Shown here in pieces: positions 44,884 to 51,848 of a stretch of DNA of 51,848 nucleotides. This DNA comes from Anaeroplasmataceae bacterium (GTDB lineage Bacteria > Bacillota_I > Bacilli_A > Acholeplasmatales > Anaeroplasmataceae), in the NCBI GenBank assembly GCA_045599405.1, contig JAZRVY010000097.1:1-51848 (forward strand), in the 5' to 3' direction. Made by a program: the position numbers and the translations under genes. Numbering within the stretch: the stretch's first letter is position 1; every line of letters begins with the position of its first letter. The notes beneath the pieces are model-generated. The model was given only the letters and a program-made list of their open reading frames with translations. It had not been told where the DNA came from and searched no databases.

Positions 44884-47718
44884 TTAATTTAATTCAATTG
44901 ACCAATCGTATGCAGATGTAATCCAATCTTGGAATAAAGTATATTCAGAATATGTATAGCTGAATAACTCTCTTTCAAGCTTTGCAATATAAGTATCCAT
45001 CTTACTAGCATCATCAGTAAATGTGATACTAATTTGGTTCTTTAGCATTCTCCACTCCTTGAAGTTAGAGTTGTTATACATATTAACCATTTCACCAAAT
45101 AGCTTAGATATATTACTTGTTACACTTGATGGTAACGACTTAACAGAACCACCATTTGTAGTCTCATAATAATAAATGAATAATTGGCTAGTTGAAGCAT
45201 AAACTGACTTATCATTATAAGCATCAGCGTATAATACTAATTCAGGATCATCATCCTTATCACCATTATAATCAATATCAGCCTCTACAATAATTTCTCT
45301 ATGCTCATATACCTTATATTGTGGATCAGTTCTATCTGAATCATCCTTATCATCATCTTTAGAATATGATGCAGAAGATAGCTCACCAATCTTATAAACA
45401 TTTAGCATATGATATCCATATACTGTCTTACAGCACTTGTCATAGAAATCCTCAACGCTAGCGAAGTTTGTACTATATTCAAATACTCCCTTATCCTCAA
45501 CGTCAGACTCCTTAATAGTTCCGTCCTTTACAGCCTTATAAAGCTTCTTTGCAGCATCATCAAACTCTGACATATAAGATCCAGCATTAGATGTTGAAAT
45601 CTCATTTAAATCCTCAGCCTTTAATGAAATTGGGAATTCATTCTTATATTCATCCCAATATACAGCAGTACCTTGGTTATAAGATGCCGAACCAACCTTA
45701 AGGTTATTATTATAAGCATTAACGATATAAGCTAAAACATCCTTAATATTCTTATAATTCTTTAAAGTATTAACCTCATCAATAATAGTATTAGCAAGTC
45801 TTAAAATAGTAGCATCAAACTTAGTCTTTAATGCTTCACTTGAAAGATTATCTCTATAAACTGAAGGGTCAGTATAATTTCCAGTTCCCTCTTCATCAAC
45901 TCCAATAAGAATATGAGAAATAGATGCACTGAAATAATTATCATATTGCTTCTTATAGATAGATGCTAGATTAGTAAATACCTTATCCTCTGTATTAAAT
46001 GACTCAGCATCATCAGCCTTAGCGTGATTTCCATTATAAGCCATAGCAAGTGTCTTAATTAATGAAGCCTTATAATTATCAAGAACCTCTTCCTTAGTGC
46101 TTACACCATAAGCAAGTTGTAGGTAGTTAGCTACCCCAATCTTCTTTGAGTAGTCCTTCTTTCCTTGATTAAACTTCTTAATTTCCTTATTTAATTCTGA
46201 CTTATAATCATCAAATCCATCATTATCAATCTTCTTAGATATATTTTCTAATGATAAATAGTATTGATTTGATAAATAATTAATAGCCTTAGCTGTACCT
46301 AATTTAGGCTCTAGCTTTTCATATAGTTTCTCTACTGATAAATCATAAGTAACATTTTCATAAGTAAACTTATAAACTAAATCATTATTAGCAACACTAG
46401 TTAAATCATAATCATCATATGATGACTTAAACTTAACAGCGTACACTGGATCATAAATCTCAATGTTCTTTTCGATAATCTCATCATATCTATCATTCTC
46501 TAGTTTACTTACTAAAGTTGAAATAGCTTTATTTTCAATTGCCTTTTCTAATGTTTTATTATAAATATTATCAGCAACTTCAGGATTCTTATCATTATCT
46601 GTTAGCTCATCCCATTCAACTATATCTTGCTTTTCAATTACATAAACCATGTAATATGATCCATCAAAGTTAAATGGCTCTGCTAAATATGTTCCAGCAG
46701 TAACATCATCATTCTTAATATATGATTGAACTTGAACTGGAAGAGATGTGAATCTCTTATTCTTTGGAGTTTCACTTAAATTAGTATAATAATTATCTTG
46801 ATAATTAGAAACTGTTAAATCATCTCTAGTTACATATCTTAAATTATAAATACTTAAATATGATTCTAATGCATTAGCATCTGTAATTTGTGTATCTCCA
46901 ATTGCAGATTTAATGATTCTTTCAGCTTGAGCTTGGCTTGTAAACTTAATTACAATTCCCTTATAGTCTCTAAATGATTTATAAACATCATTATAGAATT
47001 TTTTAACATCATTTTTCTTATCTGCTATATCTGTATTAATATAATATGGATTCTTTCCCTCACCCTTAATATATTCATTCTTGAAATAATATTTAGAGTT
47101 AGGATTCTTGATTTGTGATAATGCATATTTTTCCATAGCCTTACCATAAATTGAGCTTTCATATAACTCCTTAGGGAATTGTGCAGTAAATGCATCATTT
47201 CCATATTCATGATATCCTGTAGTAATCTCAATAGACTTAATATCATCTACAGTAAAGAAGGTTCCATCTGCCTTCTTTGTTCCAGCAGCAAATAAACCAT
47301 CAACATACTTTTGAATTTTAGTATTAACTTCCTTACTAAAAGTCTTAGTAGCGAAATCAATCTTTAAATTATTAAATGATTCAGCATCATTTACTCCATA
47401 GATGCTACCAACAAGATTATTATTGATATAATAATGATCCTCTAAATTATTAGCATAATCAAAATACTCAGTATTTGTTAATACATCTGAGAACAAATCC
47501 TTCTTAATGCTGTCTGTTACTGTTGAATAACCATCAGCACGCATTAAATCATATAGCTTCTTTTGAGATATAGACTTATCTCCTAGTGTTGCATAGCTCT
47601 TTGTATCACTTAAATTTCCATAAGAAGCTTGTGAATTAACCTTTGCTCCACTACCACAAGAGGCAAGAGATAAAGCGATGCATCCTGCGATAGGTAAAAA
47701 TAATAATTTCTTATTCAT
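44884..47718 (-). CDS. giant PrsA-like foldase lipoprotein (expanded parvulin-type PPIase domain, both conserved His retained)
   Basis: Lipoprotein signal LFLPIAGCIALSLAS-C. The parvulin blocks SASISHILIG ... MSEFDDAAKKLY ... TVYGYHMLNV are separated by long insertions. Confidence 0.75.
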   Translation of the reverse strand: MNKKLLFLPIAGCIALSLASCGSGAKVNSQASYGNLSDTKSYATLGDKSISQKKLYDLMRADGYSTVTDSIKKDLFSDVLTNTEYFDYANNLEDHYYINNNLVGSIYGVNDAESFNNLKIDFATKTFSKEVNTKIQKYVDGLFAAGTKKADGTFFTVDDIKSIEITTGYHEYGNDAFTAQFPKELYESSIYGKAMEKYALSQIKNPNSKYYFKNEYIKGEGKNPYYINTDIADKKNDVKKFYNDVYKSFRDYKGIVIKFTSQAQAERIIKSAIGDTQITDANALESYLSIYNLRYVTRDDLTVSNYQDNYYTNLSETPKNKRFTSLPVQVQSYIKNDDVTAGTYLAEPFNFDGSYYMVYVIEKQDIVEWDELTDNDKNPEVADNIYNKTLEKAIENKAISTLVSKLENDRYDEIIEKNIEIYDPVYAVKFKSSYDDYDLTSVANNDLVYKFTYENVTYDLSVEKLYEKLEPKLGTAKAINYLSNQYYLSLENISKKIDNDGFDDYKSELNKEIKKFNQGKKDYSKKIGVANYLQLAYGVSTKEEVLDNYKASLIKTLAMAYNGNHAKADDAESFNTEDKVFTNLASIYKKQYDNYFSASISHILIGVDEEGTGNYTDPSVYRDNLSSEALKTKFDATILRLANTIIDEVNTLKNYKNIKDVLAYIVNAYNNNLKVGSASYNQGTAVYWDEYKNEFPISLKAEDLNEISTSNAGSYMSEFDDAAKKLYKAVKDGTIKESDVEDKGVFEYSTNFASVEDFYDKCCKTVYGYHMLNVYKIGELSSASYSKDDDKDDSDRTDPQYKVYEHREIIVEADIDYNGDKDDDPELVLYADAYNDKSVYASTSQLFIYYYETTNGGSVKSLPSSVTSNISKLFGEMVNMYNNSNFKEWRMLKNQISITFTDDASKMDTYIAKLERELFSYTYSEYTLFQDWITSAYDWSIELN

Positions 47719-47730
47719 GCTTATCTCCTC

Positions 47731-50700
47731 CTACTTTAAAATCTCTATCCACCAATTAGGGAAGTCGAAATATTCATCTTGAGTATATCCATCGATATAT
47801 TCAGCATAGTTAACGTATTCATCAGATATTCTTTGGTTAACCTTTCTAATCTTCTCTAATCTAGCATTATTTTCAGGGTTGTCAATAAATTGAACTGAAT
47901 TAGATAATAGCTTATTTAATAATAGTTCTAATTGAGTTTGTGTTCCTGTATATTTTGTATAAACAGGCATAATATAGCTTGTAATATAATCTTGAATTGA
48001 GCTTGGGAATAATGTACTTGTATTGTAATTTAAATATTCATAAATGAATAATTGGATTTGATCAAGAGTTGCCTCATCCTTAAGATCATTATAAATATTT
48101 CCAATTACAGCAGTATCATCCTCATATCTTACAAAGATATTAGTATAAATACCAGCAATATCATCCTTCTCTTCAAACTTAGCAGTATTTCTTACTGTAG
48201 CGCTTGAAATAACTAATAGCTCATATCCCTTTTCTGTTTTCCATCCATCATTTCCAGCAGCATATGGCTCGAAATCAACGTATTCGCTTGGATATAAATC
48301 CTTCATAGAAATTGAATTATATAAATCCTTAACCTTTTCCTTAACATACATAGCATTGTCAGTGTCTGTTAATTCATTGCTAACAGCATCATGTGTGTTA
48401 ATTGACATATATAATCCAGCTCTCTTATACTCAGCCCAAATAGTTTCTGGTTGAGTTGGATCATAATCATCCATTCCAGGTCCTGTATATTCATCAATAC
48501 CATTTGTAAATCTTTGACTATTCTTATACTCATCAACAATTGATTCAAGAGTTGATAATTGGTTAGCCTCATTCTTCATTCTAGTTAATGTATATCTAAT
48601 TAACTTTAATGCAAGCTCACTATATGTAATAGGAGCTGATGATGTTGGAACTTGTGTATTCCAATCAAAATCCTTATCCTCTTTTCCATCCTCATCCATA
48701 TCAACATAAACTGTTAATCTTGAAGCACTTGCAGTGAAATCTTGATTATAAGCTAGCTTGGCGTATGATTGAACCATTTCATAGAATGCCGTATTGTTAG
48801 CATAGTTAGTTAAAATCTTAGCTGAAGCAGCATTTACACGATAATAATTTGCAACAATCTTATCTACATCTGCAGTATGGAAATATAACATTAAGAAATT
48901 ATACTTACCAATTGATGAATCATACTCACTTAAAGATCCATTAGCAAAATAAGCTAATAATAAATCTAGAGTATTCTTGTAATCTTTAATATCATCCTTA
49001 GTATCATTATACTCTGGTGTATCCTTAATAGCCTTCTTTGAAAGCATATCTACAGCCTTAGTAACACCACTACCCTTTTCAAGTTGCTCAAATAACTCAT
49101 CAATTGTGATGTTATAAGCTTTCTTTGAAGTATGAGAGTTCTTTCCAGAATACTTAAGAGTAATTGCTACATTTGACTTAGGTGCATTCTTATGAGTCTT
49201 TGAATATGAGCTTACTCCTGTAGAGTAAAGAATCTCAAGTCCACTATCATAAATGTAAGCCTTAGTCTTTTCAGTTGCAGCTCTAACAGCAAGGTTGATT
49301 GCAGTTTGATCTACCTCATCCCACATCATTTCTTCCTTAAGCTCCGCAACTAAATCTTCATGTCCATTAATTACTGTATCCTCATATGGATCATTTAATA
49401 GCTCATAATAGCTATCAATTTCACCTTGATCAATTTTGAAAGCCATATAATAGAAATTATTATAGTTCTTTCCAGAAGTAGAATAACGAGCCTCACCCTC
49501 TGAATAAACAGGAATTGTTCTAAGCTCCTTATTAATATAGAACTTTAGGTTTGTATCAATATCATCAAGTCCATCTTGAGTATATGTAATAGACTCCTTA
49601 ACATCATTAGCCCATGATGAAATAATGTCTGATGCATCCTTATAATCTTCATCTGCCATATTTACATACTTAACAACGATAGATTCAGTTACATCACGAC
49701 AATTTGATGATGTAAATGCAGATGAAATTACACCTGGCTCAACTGGTAATGAATCTCTATATGCATAAATGTAGTTGTACATTTGAACATATAATTCGAA
49801 TACAGCTGTTTCTCCACCAATTGTAGATAAATTAAAACACTTTTCAGAATCTGATGCAGCATTAATCTTAAAATCATCATAGTATTCATTATATTCAGTA
49901 TTAGTCTTTCCATTTTGAGGAATAAAATAGAATGTATCATTATAAGCCTTGATACCAAAAGCCTTTAATGTTGAATTAATTTCATCCTCATTATTAAATC
50001 TAATCATGATAGCTTGGCTATCTGCAGACCATTGATAATGCTCTGAATGATATTGAATAATTTCCTTATCTGTATAATATGGATCCTCATCTGAAGACTT
50101 ATTCTTATCATGCTTAGCTATATCATCTACCTTTTGGTAATATGCATATAGCTTTTGAGCTCCTGAATACTTGAAATTCTCATAGTAATTGTAAAGATAA
50201 TATTTTGTTTCTAAATTAGTTCCAGCGAATAATGTAATAGCATTGTTTTCTAAATTCTCATAATTCATAAACTCATTTAGAGTATATTCCTTACCCTCAG
50301 CAACATATGCAGTATCAATATAAGTTTGAACTGATTTAGTTACACTCTTAATCTCATTCTTCTTTAATTTTTCCATATTAGTAGTAGCATAAATACCAAT
50401 AAATGCTTGTTCTTCTAGATAATCAAAGATTAGCTTTTGCATGTGTGTAGAAATCGAAGATGTTCCCTTAATACCATTTAAAGCTTCTTCAATTTCAGCA
50501 ATACATTCACCCATCAAATATTTAGTCATGTGCTCATTTATTGCATCTGATGCTTCCCACTTTAATTCTTCCCAAAGTTCTCCCTTTGTTACTGTATATG
50601 TCTTTCCACCATATGTAGCTTGGGCATAAATATCCTTAGCTCCAATAGACTTTGTTGAAGTCTTTTTACATGATGTAAGTCCTACAACAGATAATACTGC

Positions 50701-50745
50701 AAGAGAACCTAATAGAATTGTCTTAATTTTAGTTCTTTTATACAT
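47731..50745 (-). CDS. giant PrsA-like lipoprotein paralog with a degenerate parvulin domain
   Basis: Lipoprotein signal MYKRTKIKTILLGSLAVLSVVGLTS-C. It is paralogous to its downstream neighbour (FTASASRLTVYVDMDEDG vs FSASISHILIGVDEEG; TEKGYELLVI vs TVYGYHMLNV). Start set at 50745, after AAGGAGA. The ORF-track start is 50802. Confidence 0.75.
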   Translation of the reverse strand: MYKRTKIKTILLGSLAVLSVVGLTSCKKTSTKSIGAKDIYAQATYGGKTYTVTKGELWEELKWEASDAINEHMTKYLMGECIAEIEEALNGIKGTSSISTHMQKLIFDYLEEQAFIGIYATTNMEKLKKNEIKSVTKSVQTYIDTAYVAEGKEYTLNEFMNYENLENNAITLFAGTNLETKYYLYNYYENFKYSGAQKLYAYYQKVDDIAKHDKNKSSDEDPYYTDKEIIQYHSEHYQWSADSQAIMIRFNNEDEINSTLKAFGIKAYNDTFYFIPQNGKTNTEYNEYYDDFKINAASDSEKCFNLSTIGGETAVFELYVQMYNYIYAYRDSLPVEPGVISSAFTSSNCRDVTESIVVKYVNMADEDYKDASDIISSWANDVKESITYTQDGLDDIDTNLKFYINKELRTIPVYSEGEARYSTSGKNYNNFYYMAFKIDQGEIDSYYELLNDPYEDTVINGHEDLVAELKEEMMWDEVDQTAINLAVRAATEKTKAYIYDSGLEILYSTGVSSYSKTHKNAPKSNVAITLKYSGKNSHTSKKAYNITIDELFEQLEKGSGVTKAVDMLSKKAIKDTPEYNDTKDDIKDYKNTLDLLLAYFANGSLSEYDSSIGKYNFLMLYFHTADVDKIVANYYRVNAASAKILTNYANNTAFYEMVQSYAKLAYNQDFTASASRLTVYVDMDEDGKEDKDFDWNTQVPTSSAPITYSELALKLIRYTLTRMKNEANQLSTLESIVDEYKNSQRFTNGIDEYTGPGMDDYDPTQPETIWAEYKRAGLYMSINTHDAVSNELTDTDNAMYVKEKVKDLYNSISMKDLYPSEYVDFEPYAAGNDGWKTEKGYELLVISSATVRNTAKFEEKDDIAGIYTNIFVRYEDDTAVIGNIYNDLKDEATLDQIQLFIYEYLNYNTSTLFPSSIQDYITSYIMPVYTKYTGTQTQLELLLNKLLSNSVQFIDNPENNARLEKIRKVNQRISDEYVNYAEYIDGYTQDEYFDFPNWWIEILK

Positions 50746-50846
50746 AAAAAAGTCTCCTTTTTTGGCGAAATAATACAATTCACGCATTATATATAATATC
50801 ATTATATCTTTTAAAAATCAAGGAATATCTCAATTTATCATACTAA

Positions 50847-50872
50847 TAAAAAAAAGCCTTTTTTCAAGGCTT
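50847..50872 (-). terminator. intrinsic terminator after the YhaM-like gene
   Basis: Minus-strand hairpin AAGCCTT-gaaaa-AAGGCTT overlaps the stop codon and is followed by TTTTTTTTATTAG. Confidence 0.6.
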
Positions 50873-51788
50873 AATTCTTTCTCTTATAAAACTTTGTTTT
50901 ATCCATTACACCAATGGCTTCAGTAAACTTTCCAGGCTCAGTCTTTGCAAGCTCTTCACCTAAAACTCTAAACTTAGAATCTATAGTGTCTATATACCAT
51001 AATAACGCAGCCTCTGCTACTGCTGGCTTTTTAATAGCTCCGAATAATGGTTGCCCATGATGTGAGGCTATCATATGCTCAAGGATTAGAACCTCTTCTT
51101 TACCATCATATCCTAGGCTAGCTGCAACACCTTTTATTTCTGTACAACCCATTAATAAATGACCTAGTAATTGACCTTCTATAGTATATTCTGTATTCTC
51201 AATACCACTAAACTCAGATACCTTTCCTATATCATGAAGTATAATACCTGCATACATATAGTTCTTATCAATGTAATCATAATTTGCAGCAAGACCATCT
51301 ACAAGATTTAGCATACCAAGTGTATGATATGCTAGCCCACCAACATACGCATGATGTAGCTTAGATGCTGCAGGATATAAATAAAATTCCTTATCATATT
51401 TATCTAATAAAGCTTTTGTAATATCAAATAAAATCTTATTATCAATCTTATTTAAATATCCTTGGATACTCTTTTTTAAATTACTATAATCTATAGGAGC
51501 CGATTTTATAAACTCTCTATATATATCATTTTGTAAATTAGCATCCTCTATATCTGTTACTGATTTAAATTCATTAACATATCCTATATTACGCTCAGTA
51601 TTTCTATACTTTGCAATATTAAACCAATAGATACAATTAACGTAAATACCATTAGCTCTTTCTGCCTCTAGCTTTAAATTTATCTTTTCACTTGATTTTG
51701 GTTGTGAAACAATAAGATTAATCATATTATCAGAATTCATTATTTGATCTACCTTTGCATATAGATCTATCTTTTCAATATCTTCCAT
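50871..51788 (-). CDS. yhaM: HD-domain 3'-5' exoribonuclease, YhaM-like
   Basis: HHAYVGGLAYHTLGM, the HD motif ILHDIGKV, GHLLMG and MIASHHG match the YhaM-type HD phosphohydrolase core. The ATG at 51788 follows AAGGAAGAG, but the frame stays open to the window edge, so the true start could lie outside the window. Confidence 0.8.
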   Translation of the reverse strand: MEDIEKIDLYAKVDQIMNSDNMINLIVSQPKSSEKINLKLEAERANGIYVNCIYWFNIAKYRNTERNIGYVNEFKSVTDIEDANLQNDIYREFIKSAPIDYSNLKKSIQGYLNKIDNKILFDITKALLDKYDKEFYLYPAASKLHHAYVGGLAYHTLGMLNLVDGLAANYDYIDKNYMYAGIILHDIGKVSEFSGIENTEYTIEGQLLGHLLMGCTEIKGVAASLGYDGKEEVLILEHMIASHHGQPLFGAIKKPAVAEAALLWYIDTIDSKFRVLGEELAKTEPGKFTEAIGVMDKTKFYKRKN

Positions 51789-51848
51789 CTTTAACTCTTC
51801 CTTTAAATATTTAATAATATCTTTTTCACCATTCTTTAATTTACCATC

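Noticed and set aside
51789-51848. The reading frame of the YhaM-like gene stays open upstream of the ATG at 51788 to the window edge, so the gene might be longer or fused to an upstream ORF.
   Set aside because: Not resolvable inside the window. The ATG at 51788 has a good ribosome-binding site (AAGGAAGAG) and gives a typical YhaM length. I kept that start and flagged the uncertainty.

Overview
This is an AT-rich chromosomal segment from a low-GC Bacillota-type organism, possibly Erysipelotrichia- or Mollicutes-like. That guess rests only on composition, strong GGAGG-type ribosome-binding sites and many lipoproteins. The standard code is enough: an 11-kb ORF stays open, so TGA is not being read as a sense codon. 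I call 29 protein genes, 28 of them on the minus strand, plus a 4-tRNA cluster.

Most of the window is housekeeping:
- PFOR, pepT, typA and pyk
- a translationally coupled aromatic amino acid operon (tyrA-aroB-aroA-chorismate mutase-aroE-aroC plus a GltD-like oxidoreductase)
- leuS, an AEC transporter and an MscS channel
- uxaB-uxaA-uxaC (hexuronate catabolism)
- rlmH, a YycJ-like MBL hydrolase and a YhaM-like HD nuclease

The stand-out region is 18.46-34.50 kb. A near-consensus promoter is followed by what reads as a c-di-GMP-I (GEMM-I) riboswitch with its own intrinsic terminator. Behind it lies a ~16-kb operon: three paralogous small secreted proteins with TasA/camelysin-like SipW-type signal peptides, a 3687-aa N-terminally anchored GLUG/beta-helix giant protein, and an 851-aa lipoprotein. 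I read this as a candidate second-messenger-gated surface fibre/adhesion system.

Other points worth a second look:
- an orphan 365-370-aa protein with a HEPN-like RNx4H motif
- a membrane-anchored polyacidic protein with four YegP/DUF1508 repeats and a near-perfect 75-bp tandem repeat
- two tandem giant PrsA-like lipoproteins, one of which has lost both parvulin histidines

I saw no CRISPR array, transposase, integrase or rRNA. All family assignments come from reading motifs by eye; no searches were run.
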